DNA of 37,741 bases, taken from the IMG/VR virus record IMGVR_UViG_2541047834_000001; one strand, 5' to 3'. The stretch is from a virus (Duplodnaviria > Heunggongvirae > Uroviricota > Caudoviricetes). The position numbers were made by a program, and so were the translations under genes. This document shows, piece by piece, positions 8,358-16,404 of the stretch. Every line of letters starts with the position of its first letter. Position 1 is the first letter of the stretch. Under the pieces are notes generated by a model, which searched no databases, had not been told where the DNA came from, and saw only the letters and a program-made list of their open reading frames with translations.

Positions 8358-8702
8358 ATGAGAAAACAGATACAGGCTCTTGGTCGGCTCAAAACAGGCC
8401 AGATGAACAAAACAGAATCTGCGTATTGCCAGCACCTTGAGCAGCGTAAACGTGCAGGGGAAGTCGCCTGGTATCGGTTCGAGGGTATCAAGCTGCGGCT
8501 GGCTGACAACACGTTTTATACGCCCGATTTCGCTGTGATGCTCGCCACCGGAGAGATGGAACTGCACGAAGTGAAAGGTTTCTGGACCGACGACGCCAGG
8601 GTGAAAACCAAAGTCGCCGCAGATCAGTATCCGTTCCGAATCATCGGGGTAACGGTTAAACCAAAGAAAGCAGGTGGTGGCTGGAATATCGAAGAGTTCT
8701 GA
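8358..8702 (+). CDS. Phage protein, DUF1064-like
   Basis: 114-aa ORF with AGGGG RBS; assignment from recalled family pattern, unverified. Confidence 0.5.
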   Translation: MRKQIQALGRLKTGQMNKTESAYCQHLEQRKRAGEVAWYRFEGIKLRLADNTFYTPDFAVMLATGEMELHEVKGFWTDDARVKTKVAADQYPFRIIGVTVKPKKAGGGWNIEEF

Positions 8703-8763
8703 ATCGACGATCTTTTTAGTTATCAATGTAATCAATAAGTTATGTGGATAAGCGAGGGTAAAG

Positions 8764-9435
8764 ATGGAAAGTAATATCAAAGGGTTAGTTTCCGCCGGGC
8801 ATGAGATGGCTTCGGAACTGAAAGCAGAATGTGGTGCCGTTGATATGCGTAGTGTGGCAAAGCTGATCAGCGATTTGGCAACGCAACTGGAAGTGCAACT
8901 GGTGCGTGCTAATGCGCTGGCGGCGGAGAATGCGAGACTGAAGGCCGGGGCTATGTATTTCTCATATGGCTCTGAATTTAGTTTCGAGTGTCACAAAACT
9001 GCTGAGGAGGCTATCGCTGCTGCTGAGGCTGCAATTGACGACTATAGAGGCGATGCTTGCGATGGATGGAGCGAAGAGGTCGAAAGCATTTGCTGGGGGG
9101 TAATTATTCAGCAGGCAACCAAGGTCGGTGAACGCAAGAAGAGGAAATGCGACAGAGTATCACCATGGATTGAAAGAGTTTGTGATTATGAGCTTCGACC
9201 TAATGTCGAAACCCCAGCCACCGATGCTTTCCTGTCTGAAGTGCGGGCGCAGGGGGTGGATGCTGCCATAGAAGCTGCAAAAAATCTGGTGGCCCAAGAA
9301 TATGAGTATAAGGATTTCAAAGCGGCGCAGAGTGATTGCTGTATGCACCCTGGTTCAGACCTGGTAGGGAAGGTTGAAATGACTGAGTGGTTAGTTGACT
9401 TTGCTGCCCAGCTTCGCAAAGGAGGCAACCAGTGA
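8764..9435 (+). CDS. Hypothetical protein (223 aa)
   Basis: ORF with GAGGG RBS; Cys-containing, Ala/Glu-rich. Confidence 0.55.
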   Translation: MESNIKGLVSAGHEMASELKAECGAVDMRSVAKLISDLATQLEVQLVRANALAAENARLKAGAMYFSYGSEFSFECHKTAEEAIAAAEAAIDDYRGDACDGWSEEVESICWGVIIQQATKVGERKKRKCDRVSPWIERVCDYELRPNVETPATDAFLSEVRAQGVDAAIEAAKNLVAQEYEYKDFKAAQSDCCMHPGSDLVGKVEMTEWLVDFAAQLRKGGNQ

Positions 9436-9698
9436 GTGAGTCAAAATGCCAAATTAATGGCAACAAGATAGAACCGTGCGCGGCGTTGACGCAATCCCTG
9501 GAGCATGACGCTGAATACACGACGCGGAAAGGTCTGCTGAAATACAAAATCTATAACCATGAATTAATTCATTCACAAGACCTGATCATGCTGCGGTCTG
9601 GTGAATTTTCTAAATCACCGATTCGAGTTTCATTTTGCCCGTTCTGTGGTGAAAGTCTGAAAACGTGGGAAGCGGAGGCAACCAGTGAGCAAGATTAA
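9432..9698 (+). CDS. Hypothetical protein (88 aa)
   Basis: GTG start inside conserved GGAGGCAACCAGTGAG cassette; overlaps upstream stop. Confidence 0.45.
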   Translation: MSESKCQINGNKIEPCAALTQSLEHDAEYTTRKGLLKYKIYNHELIHSQDLIMLRSGEFSKSPIRVSFCPFCGESLKTWEAEATSEQD

Positions 9699-10494
9699 CT
9701 ATCAGGCTCTGCGACTGGCGGCAGAGCAGGCAATGCATGACGACTGGGGATTTGATGCGGACCTTTTCCATGAGCTGGTAACACCATCGATTGTGCTGGC
9801 ACTACTGGATGAACGGGAAAGAAACCAGCAATACATCAAATCCCGCGACCAGGAGAACGAGGATATTGCGCTAACGGTAGGGAAGCTGCGCGTTGAACTG
9901 GAAGGCAAAGACAGCAAGATAGCCAATCTTACCGCCGAACGCGATGCTCTTCGTGAAGGTGAGATGGGCGACGCTAGGCATAGCAACACACGGGCCGCAG
10001 CTGATATCTACTTCCAACTGGTCGAGGAGTGCGAAATTCCTGCTGGCGGTTCTCTGGTCGAGTACGTTGACGATATGCGCGAGAAGCTGGAAGCCGCAGA
10101 GAATAACCTCATTGATAGTGAATGCCATGTTGCTGAACTGGAAGAAGCGCTACGCGATAAGCAGGCGTTACTTGAAGCATCAGAAAAGCGCATAGCAGAA
10201 CTGGAAGCACGGGAAATAAAACCAGCCAAAGGTGAAGTTCTTGTCGTTGTTTCTGGTTTTACTGGTTGCGGAAAAAGCGCCATCGCCGGGGAAATAGAAA
10301 TCGCGATGAAGGCTATTGGTGTACCGGTTCAGTGGACTAATGGCGATGCGGAAAAGCGCATGACAGGAGCTGACTGGCTGACAGCGATTGAGATGTACAA
10401 ACCAACAGTGCGCATCGTGGAAGTTAATGTGCCGCGCGCCGCAGGCATTCGCATCAAAGGAGACACAGGAGAACAAAACGATGAAAAACCGTAA
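9685..10494 (+). CDS. Coiled-coil protein, Ead/Ea22-like (tentative)
   Basis: 269 aa; GTG start inside a second GGAGGCAACCAGTGAG cassette; central heptad-rich region. Confidence 0.55.
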   Translation: MSKINYQALRLAAEQAMHDDWGFDADLFHELVTPSIVLALLDERERNQQYIKSRDQENEDIALTVGKLRVELEGKDSKIANLTAERDALREGEMGDARHSNTRAAADIYFQLVEECEIPAGGSLVEYVDDMREKLEAAENNLIDSECHVAELEEALRDKQALLEASEKRIAELEAREIKPAKGEVLVVVSGFTGCGKSAIAGEIEIAMKAIGVPVQWTNGDAEKRMTGADWLTAIEMYKPTVRIVEVNVPRAAGIRIKGDTGEQNDEKP

Positions 10495-10657
10495 AGCAAA
10501 ATTACTTCTTTTATCGCGTTCGACGGGGTACGAGAAGCTACCAATCAGCAATCACAAACGGGCGGTGATCGGCATGTATGGTAGGGTGGTATTCGCATTT
10601 AACTATAAACCCACCGCGTCGCGGAACAGACGAGAGAAGGGGTACGCAGTGCGATGA
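10481..10657 (+). CDS. Small basic protein (58 aa), paralog 1 (MKNRKAK...)
   Basis: ATG with AGGAG-like RBS; ATGA-coupled to next ORF. Confidence 0.35.
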   Translation: MKNRKAKLLLLSRSTGYEKLPISNHKRAVIGMYGRVVFAFNYKPTASRNRREKGYAVR

Positions 10658-10845
10658 AAAATCGTAAGGCAAAGATGCTGATAGCAAAGCCCGGGCAGCG
10701 TATCCGTATCTCAAATCGGCTTGTTATTTACTATAGATATCTGGGTTTTAGGGGGTGTTCCTCTATTCGTTTTTACGGTGTCTGGCGAAACAGAAGCGCA
10801 GCACAAAACCGCTGGAAAAACCACTTTCGCACTAAAGGAGAGTGA
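10654..10845 (+). CDS. Small basic aromatic-rich protein (63 aa), paralog 2 (MKNRKAK...)
   Basis: Shares N-terminal heptapeptide and first ~20 nt with the preceding ORF; ATGA overlap. Confidence 0.35.
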   Translation: MKNRKAKMLIAKPGQRIRISNRLVIYYRYLGFRGCSSIRFYGVWRNRSAAQNRWKNHFRTKGE

Positions 10846-10846
10846 T

Positions 10847-10996
10847 ATGGCTAAGTACATCGTGACTATCGAAGGATTTAATGATTGCAAGGTTGTTGAG
10901 TTTGAAGCAGACACGCCAGAGGATGCCGAAGAAATAGGCAGAGACATATTCTATGAAGAATGCAACTACGGCGTATCACCTGCTACAGAGGACTAA
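10847..10996 (+). CDS. Hypothetical small acidic protein (49 aa)
   Basis: MAKYIVTIEGFNDCKVVEF...; AAAGGAGAG RBS. Confidence 0.5.
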   Translation: MAKYIVTIEGFNDCKVVEFEADTPEDAEEIGRDIFYEECNYGVSPATED

Positions 10997-10999
10997 CAC

Positions 11000-11938
11000 A
11001 TGACCACTATTACCAAAGAGCGACTGCTGACAATCAAGCAGTGGCGCGAAACATACGGACCTGGTAGCAACGTTGTACTGCCAGCAGAAGAAGCGGAAGA
11101 GCTGGCACGGATTGCTCTGGCATCGCTGGAAGCAGAACCGGTGGCATGGACTGATGAAGAGGAACTGCGCGATGTCAGGAAGTATGGTTTCGGTGAGATA
11201 TTTCAGTGTCCGCCAGATAAATATGCGGACCCGCGTCGTGTAATCTCGCTGTATCGCGAGCTGCCAGCACCGGTAGTGCCAGATGATTGGCAACTCGTAC
11301 CTAAGAAAATAACACTGGAAATGGAATGTGCTCTATCAAAAGCTGATAGCTATGAAATTGGTTGGCTATGGGCATTGGCAGCCGCACCTAAATACGAAGT
11401 ACAGAACGCTAAACGCGTGCAAAACGCGCTTAACGCCTGCCGCGCCGCCATGCTTCAGTCCGGAAACTTTCGGGAAAACAAGAATTCGTCAACCAATAAT
11501 TTTCGGGAAATCGCGGAAACGTCAACCAACTATCCGGCAATTCCTAGTGAGGTGTTGTCCGCAATCCTGAAGGTTGCCAGGATTCGTGCCGATTTCGATG
11601 ATTTTGACGGTGACAGGCGAGGTATCGGTGATTGTCTGGATGAGGCTGAGCAAGAGCTTATCGTTACCATTAACAAATATGCCAGTCAGTTGGCAGCAGA
11701 ACCGATAGCGACTAATGACGTTCGAGAGCAGCAGACAGCCGTTCCGCCAGTTCCGGAAATACAGGATGATGTCGCGCAAGCAATTGAAAATCTCAAGCAG
11801 AAGTTAGTGGAATGCAATCGCTATAACTACTGCGCAGATGCAGTTAAAGGCGTAGAGGATGCCTGCCACGCTGCCATGCTTCAGGGTAGGGAACGCCTTG
11901 TTCTGGATGCCGCTACCAGAACCGCCGCAGGAGGTTAA
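11000..11938 (+). CDS. Hypothetical protein (312 aa) with internal repeats
   Basis: Long ORF; repeated peptide N/DAC(R/H)AAMLQ and tandem ~33-bp DNA repeat at 11468-11532. Confidence 0.6.
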   Translation: MTTITKERLLTIKQWRETYGPGSNVVLPAEEAEELARIALASLEAEPVAWTDEEELRDVRKYGFGEIFQCPPDKYADPRRVISLYRELPAPVVPDDWQLVPKKITLEMECALSKADSYEIGWLWALAAAPKYEVQNAKRVQNALNACRAAMLQSGNFRENKNSSTNNFREIAETSTNYPAIPSEVLSAILKVARIRADFDDFDGDRRGIGDCLDEAEQELIVTINKYASQLAAEPIATNDVREQQTAVPPVPEIQDDVAQAIENLKQKLVECNRYNYCADAVKGVEDACHAAMLQGRERLVLDAATRTAAGG

Positions 11939-11941
11939 TTG

Positions 11942-12226
11942 ATGGACTCCTTCGCGAAATATACGATTATTGACTGGATAGCATTCCTTCAGGTTTTGCT
12001 CATCTGGTTTTATATGGCTTACAGGAGTGGACAGTGGATTGTCAGTGTAGCCTGTAGCAAGGGATGGCGTTGGTGGAACCGAAAGAATAAAAAAGCACTG
12101 GCCTTGGATTCGTTTTACGAAGCGTTCAATCTCAACAGCCTTCAGCCTGGTTCTGTCATTGTAGTCACCACTCAAAGCGGCGTGACGATACAAATTCACA
12201 AGCCAAAGGAGGAAGGTCGTGGCTAA
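11942..12226 (+). CDS. Hypothetical small protein, likely membrane-associated
   Basis: ATG at 11942 with GCAGGAGG RBS; hydrophobic N-terminal segment. Confidence 0.5.
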   Translation: MDSFAKYTIIDWIAFLQVLLIWFYMAYRSGQWIVSVACSKGWRWWNRKNKKALALDSFYEAFNLNSLQPGSVIVVTTQSGVTIQIHKPKEEGRG

Positions 12227-12500
12227 CCTGCAACTTGCCGTTAAAGGTGAATACTTCGATGCCATGATTCGCGGAGAGAAAACGGAAGAGTATCGCTTGT
12301 GTAATGACTACTGGAATAAGCGAATTATGTTACGCGAGTATGACCGCCTGATTATCACAAAGGGATATCCGAAGCGCGACGACTCCAGTCGCAGAATTGA
12401 TGTTCCGTATGGAGGGTATGAAATCAAGACAATCACACATCCGCACTTCGGCGATAAACCGGTAAATGTGTTCGCGATAAAGGTAAATATTGATGGCTAA
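12219..12500 (+). CDS. ASCH / DUF3850-like protein
   Basis: GTG start with AAGGAGGAAGG RBS; LAVKGEYFDAMIRGEKTEEYR resembles the ASCH-like pattern (recalled, unverified). Confidence 0.55.
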   Translation: MANLQLAVKGEYFDAMIRGEKTEEYRLCNDYWNKRIMLREYDRLIITKGYPKRDDSSRRIDVPYGGYEIKTITHPHFGDKPVNVFAIKVNIDG

Positions 12501-12831
12501 ATCAGCAGCAGAGCGCAAAGCCGCTCAGAGAGCCAGACAAGCTGCATCTGGTGTGCGTAAGCTGGAAATTGTGCTTGATGCTCAGGAAATTGAAATGCTG
12601 GAGCGTAACTGTGCCACGCGTCGCCCCGGGCGTGCGCCTTACGAATTTGGTGAGTATATAGCGTTACTGATCCGCCAGGATGATGCACGCGTGCGCGGGC
12701 GTATAAAATCGATCAGCAGAAAACGTTGCGGTAAGTGCGGCGAGAGAGTTCCAGTTAATTCATGCCCGTGCAATGGTGACTCGCAATGCTGGGTGACTAA
12801 AGGCTGGCATGAAACGAAATTAATAGTGTGA
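12493..12831 (+). CDS. Zinc-ribbon protein (CxxC...CxC), candidate late-gene regulator
   Basis: Basic N-terminus, C-terminal RKRCGKCGERVPVNSCPCNGDSQC; last early gene before terminator and terminase genes. Confidence 0.5.
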   Translation: MAKSAAERKAAQRARQAASGVRKLEIVLDAQEIEMLERNCATRRPGRAPYEFGEYIALLIRQDDARVRGRIKSISRKRCGKCGERVPVNSCPCNGDSQCWVTKGWHETKLIV

Positions 12832-12839
12832 CATGTCAC
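12828..12839. promoter_or_regulatory. Perfect 12-bp palindrome GTGACATGTCAC (copy 1)
   Basis: Overlaps stop codon of zinc-ribbon gene; terminator 42 nt downstream. Confidence 0.45.
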
Positions 12840-12880
12840 GAGTAGATTATGCATGATGAATTTGATGTGTTTTGAATACT

Positions 12881-12906
12881 GCCGCCAACTATGGCGGCTT
12901 TATTTT
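12881..12906 (+). terminator. Rho-independent terminator upstream of terminase genes (tR'-like)
   Basis: GCCGCCA-ACTA-TGGCGGC hairpin followed by TTTATTTT. Confidence 0.65.
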
Positions 12907-12917
12907 GCATGGTACTA

Positions 12918-12932
12918 TTACCACAACGGTAA
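12918..12932. promoter_or_regulatory. Operator-like palindrome TTACC-ACAAC-GGTAA before terminase genes
   Basis: Immediately 3' of terminator 12881-12906; followed by second TTACC and GGTtA. Confidence 0.45.
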
Positions 12933-12949
12933 CTATTACCACGGTGGTT

Positions 12950-13546
12950 ATGATGCCTGCTGAACCTAAAACCTATAAACGCAAATCAACGCAATTTAAG
13001 CCGCTCACAGCAATGCAGGAGGCTTATTGCCAGTCATACATCAAAACGCCTGAAAACCAGACTCAGGCAGCGATTAATGCAGGATTCTCCCCAAATACAG
13101 CGGCAGTTAAAGCCAGTGTCATGATGCGCGATGAACGCATTCAAAAACGGATTGCCGAGTTGATGGAGGAGCGCAACAAACGAATGCGCGTCAGTGCTGA
13201 TTACGTTCTCATGCGCCTGGTGGAGATCGACCAGATGGACGTGATCGACATCCTCAACGACGATGGGAGCCTTAAGCCAATCCGCGAGTGGCCGAAAATC
13301 TGGCGCACTACGCTTAGCGGCTTTGATCTGTCATCGACCATCATGAACATGAACGAGGATTCGATAGAGACAATCCTCAAAAAAATTAAATGGCCTGACA
13401 AGGTGAAGAACCTCGAACTGATTGGTAAGCACGTCGACGTCAACGCATTCAAAGAACGCCTGGATGTTAATGTGAATGTGACAATTGCTGATCGCATAGC
13501 AGCAGCCAGGAAGCGACTCAAAGAACGTCAGGATGGTAATCAGTGA
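12950..13546 (+). CDS. Terminase small subunit
   Basis: LTAMQEAYCQSYIKTPENQTQAAINAGFSPNTAAVKASVMMRDERIQKRIAELMEE typical of small terminase subunits; coupled (GTGA) to large subunit; in-frame ORF extends to 12872 but that region contains the terminator. Confidence 0.7.
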   Translation: MMPAEPKTYKRKSTQFKPLTAMQEAYCQSYIKTPENQTQAAINAGFSPNTAAVKASVMMRDERIQKRIAELMEERNKRMRVSADYVLMRLVEIDQMDVIDILNDDGSLKPIREWPKIWRTTLSGFDLSSTIMNMNEDSIETILKKIKWPDKVKNLELIGKHVDVNAFKERLDVNVNVTIADRIAAARKRLKERQDGNQ

Positions 13547-15018
13547 CAGATACAGTGTTATCTCCTGAAGAGCAGTTGATCGAGGATATTGCAGGGTTTA
13601 CTCACGATCCGCTTGGTTATGCCCTCTATGCGTTCCCGTGGGGGGAAGAGGGGACTGAACTGGCACATGCCACCGGTCCACGTCAGTGGCAGGCCGATGC
13701 GTTCCGAGAGATACGTGATCACCTGCAGAATCCAGAGACGCGATATCAGCCGCTTATGCTGGCACGCGCTTCTGGTCACGGTATTGGTAAATCCGCATTC
13801 ATCTCAATGCTGATCAACTGGGGCATGTCCACTTGCGAGGATTGTAAGGTCGTGGTGACCGCCAACACCGACAACCAGCTGCGCACCAAGACATGGCCGG
13901 AAATCATCAAATGGTCGAATCTGGCTATCACGAAAGAGTGGTTCACCTGCACCGCCACGGCGATGTACAGCAATGACCCAGGCCACGACAAGCGCTGGCG
14001 AGCTGACGCAATACCGTGGTCTGAGCACAACACAGAGGCGTTCGCCGGGCTGCACAACGAGCGTAAGCGTATCATCGTGGTATTCGATGAAGCATCCAAC
14101 ATTGCCGATCTGGTGTGGGAGGTAGCAGAGGGTGCGCTGACGGACGAAGACACTGAGATTATCTGGGTGGCATTCGGAAACCCTACACGTAACACCGGGC
14201 GTTTCCGCGAATGTTTCCGCAAATATAAACACCGCTGGAAAACTGCGCAGATTGACAGCCGGACGGTGGAAGGCACTAACAAACAGCAGTTGCAGAAATG
14301 GGTTGATGACTACGGGGAAGACAGCGACTTCGTTAAAATCCGTGTGCGCGGCATATTCCCGGATGCATCTGAATTGCAGTTTATCCCTACCGGCCTTACT
14401 GACGAGGCAATGAAACGGGTGGTAACCGCTGCGCAGGTTGCACATGCTCCGGTGATAATCGGCGTTGACCCGGCATACTCCGGCGTTGATGACGCTGTGA
14501 TATACCTGCGGCAGGGGCTGCACAGTAAGGTGCTATGGACTGGTAACAAGACCACCGACGATCTGATTATGGCGAAGCGTATCGCTGACTTTGAAGACCA
14601 GTATCAGGCTGACGCGGTGTTCATCGACTTCGGTTATGGAACCGGTTTGAAGTCAATCGGTGATGGCTGGGGACGTACATGGCAACTTGTTCCGTTCGGC
14701 GGTGCGTCCACTGACCCGCAGATGCTTAACAAGCGTGGGGAGATGTTCAACTCATGTAAGACATGGCTGAGGCTGGGCGGCATGCTGGATGACCAGGAAA
14801 CTGCAGACGACCTGTCGGCGGCAGAGTACAAAGTTCGTGTGGACGGTAAAATCGTTATCGAACCGAAGGAAGATATCAAAGAGCGTCTTGGGCGTTCTCC
14901 TGGTAAAGGCGATGCGCTACTGCTGACGTTTGCTTTCCCGGTCTCGAAACGCATAAATATACCAGGACAGCAAAGCCAGCAGGGAAGGGCCATAACGGAT
15001 TATGACCCTTATGCTTAA
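13543..15018 (+). CDS. Terminase large subunit
   Basis: 491 aa; Walker A-like ARASGHGIGKS, acidic VVFDEASN motif, C-terminal nuclease-like region. Confidence 0.85.
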   Translation: MTDTVLSPEEQLIEDIAGFTHDPLGYALYAFPWGEEGTELAHATGPRQWQADAFREIRDHLQNPETRYQPLMLARASGHGIGKSAFISMLINWGMSTCEDCKVVVTANTDNQLRTKTWPEIIKWSNLAITKEWFTCTATAMYSNDPGHDKRWRADAIPWSEHNTEAFAGLHNERKRIIVVFDEASNIADLVWEVAEGALTDEDTEIIWVAFGNPTRNTGRFRECFRKYKHRWKTAQIDSRTVEGTNKQQLQKWVDDYGEDSDFVKIRVRGIFPDASELQFIPTGLTDEAMKRVVTAAQVAHAPVIIGVDPAYSGVDDAVIYLRQGLHSKVLWTGNKTTDDLIMAKRIADFEDQYQADAVFIDFGYGTGLKSIGDGWGRTWQLVPFGGASTDPQMLNKRGEMFNSCKTWLRLGGMLDDQETADDLSAAEYKVRVDGKIVIEPKEDIKERLGRSPGKGDALLLTFAFPVSKRINIPGQQSQQGRAITDYDPYA

Positions 15019-15069
15019 TCCGCTGGTGGGGATAATGTCGTTGATATCCTCTGGTGAGGATAAAACAAA

Positions 15070-15095
15070 GCCAGCTCATAGGCTGGCTGTTTGTG
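15070..15095. terminator. Bidirectional terminator between convergent terminase and minus-strand gene
   Basis: GCCAGC-TCATAG-GCTGGC hairpin flanked by AAAACAAA and TGTTTGT. Confidence 0.5.
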
Positions 15096-15104
15096 ACATG
15101 CCAC
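15093..15104. promoter_or_regulatory. Near-palindrome GTGACATGCCAC (copy 2)
   Basis: Adjacent to bidirectional terminator 15070-15095, just 3' of minus-strand gene. Confidence 0.4.
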
Positions 15105-15108
15105 GGTG

Positions 15109-15483
15109 TTATTGCTCGCTTAACTTCTGCTTCAGCAAGTAACCTTCGAGCATCCAGATTTTGTTTACAGCATTCTGCCGGGCAATCTTCCGACCAATTT
15201 CTGCATCAAAGTTTTCCGGGCTTGCACAGGCACTCTCTCCGGTGACGGTGAAGCCATTCTTCAGCACCAGTACGCAGAAAGTGAGAAGGTGCAGAGCATC
15301 AGGGGTGGCTTCGACATAAGGCTCCGGATTATAAATAAGGTCATCTTCTTTAGCCTGGTGGTCACCCTGCGCAGCAGTGAAAAAATGCTCACTGCAAATG
15401 AGGCCTTCAATTTTCTCGGGTGTTACACGCGGTGCCGTTTTGCCTTTCTCAACGATTTCTTTTTCGATTTGCTGGTCGTTCAT
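15109..15483 (-). CDS. Hypothetical phage protein (124 aa); possibly N4 gp49 / Sf6 gp66-like
   Basis: Clean minus-strand ORF co-oriented with the tRNA; family assignment tentative. Confidence 0.55.
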   Translation of the reverse strand: MNDQQIEKEIVEKGKTAPRVTPEKIEGLICSEHFFTAAQGDHQAKEDDLIYNPEPYVEATPDALHLLTFCVLVLKNGFTVTGESACASPENFDAEIGRKIARQNAVNKIWMLEGYLLKQKLSEQ

Positions 15484-15681
15484 AATCTCACCTTAAAAAA
15501 ATGCCCGGCGAACCGGGCGAACTGGAAGCAATGAGTTATGCCTTCCGTGGCTGTACGGGTTTACAGCATGAAGTCATCGCAATGGCGTCCTGCTGTAAAA
15601 AGGGCGGTGATAGTCCTTCAAGGGAAACTATCACCGCCAAGCACCTGGAACTTCTGGCATCACGGTCCTTAGGCGTGATTC

Positions 15682-15758
15682 TGGCGTGGCATGCAGGATT
15701 CGAACCTGCGACCAACCGCTTAGAAGGCGGTTGCTCTGTCCAACTGAGCTAATGCCAC
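15682..15758 (-). tRNA. tRNA-Arg (anticodon UCU, reads AGA)
   Basis: 77-nt cloverleaf on minus strand: acceptor GTGGCAT/ATGCCAC, D-stem GCTC/GAGC, anticodon stem ACCGC/GCGGT with loop CTTCTAA, T-arm GCAGG-TTCGAAT-CCTGC, discriminator G, encoded CCA. Confidence 0.9.
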
Positions 15759-15779
15759 AACGCTGAGAGCACTTAGCCT

Positions 15780-16010
15780 GTTAAGGCGCCACACTTTGTC
15801 GCGGCTCCATAAATGCTCTCATCGTTGTACCCTCGTCTCTTCCGAGGCGTCACACCGAATCGCCAGGATGGTGAGTCCTCGGTCCGACGATATGAACGGG
15901 GCTTGCACATTCCGGCTACCTGGTTCGTTTGCCCGAGCAAGGGAGGGTGCCCCTTAAACGTATCCAGACCGCTATCGGCGCATGTGCCATACGCCGTACT
16001 GCTCAAAATA
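15780..16010 (-). other. GC-rich hairpin-dense noncoding region 5' of the tRNA (candidate structured RNA / leader)
   Basis: About 230 nt with several inverted repeats (e.g. CCGAGG...CCTCGG, GAGAGCA...TGCTCTC); overlapping ORFs on both strands look non-protein-like. Confidence 0.3.
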
Positions 16011-16078
16011 AAAGCTCACTCCACCTGTTCAATTTAACGACAAGCCAGTCAGGTTAATAACCGGAATGAACCCTTTGC

Positions 16079-16093
16079 TTACCTGAAAGGTAA
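16079..16093. promoter_or_regulatory. Operator-like palindrome TTACC-TGAAA-GGTAAT between tRNA cassette and portal operon
   Basis: Perfect half-sites in a divergent intergenic region. Confidence 0.5.
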
Positions 16094-16183
16094 TAATTTG
16101 TGCGTTAAATGTCAACTATCTACGATAAATAAATCATATGTGGTTAAATTGGTAATAATTTAATTGCGTACGGAGTCATTGAT

Positions 16184-16390
16184 ATGTGCATGGGGAGCTC
16201 ACCATCAGTGCCTGCAACACCAGAAGTTCAGGTAGCACCACAGGAGCAGGATGCCGCCGTTGTTGATGCCCGCGACGAAGAAACACGTCGCCGTCGCGCT
16301 GCTGCTGGTCGTAGTTCTACGCTGCTTACCGGTTCTCAGGGCGACACATCAACCGCTAATACCAGCGGTAAAACGCTGCTTGGTCAGTAA
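16184..16390 (+). CDS. Hypothetical small protein (68 aa) preceding portal
   Basis: ATG preceded by GGAGTCATTGA, the same RBS context as the portal gene. Confidence 0.45.
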   Translation: MCMGSSPSVPATPEVQVAPQEQDAAVVDARDEETRRRRAAAGRSSTLLTGSQGDTSTANTSGKTLLGQ

Positions 16391-16404
16391 CCGGAGTCAT
16401 TGAA

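Noticed and set aside
13776-14523. Minus-strand ORFs 13776-14282 and 13804-14523 inside the terminase large subunit gene
   Set aside because: They lie entirely antisense to a well-supported gene, have no RBS and a Cys/Arg/His-rich shadow-frame composition.
15773-16037. ORFs 15773-16006 (-) and 15813-16037 (+) in the region upstream of the tRNA
   Set aside because: Gly/Arg/Ser/Thr-rich compositions without RBS on either strand; the region is better explained as structured noncoding RNA or leader.
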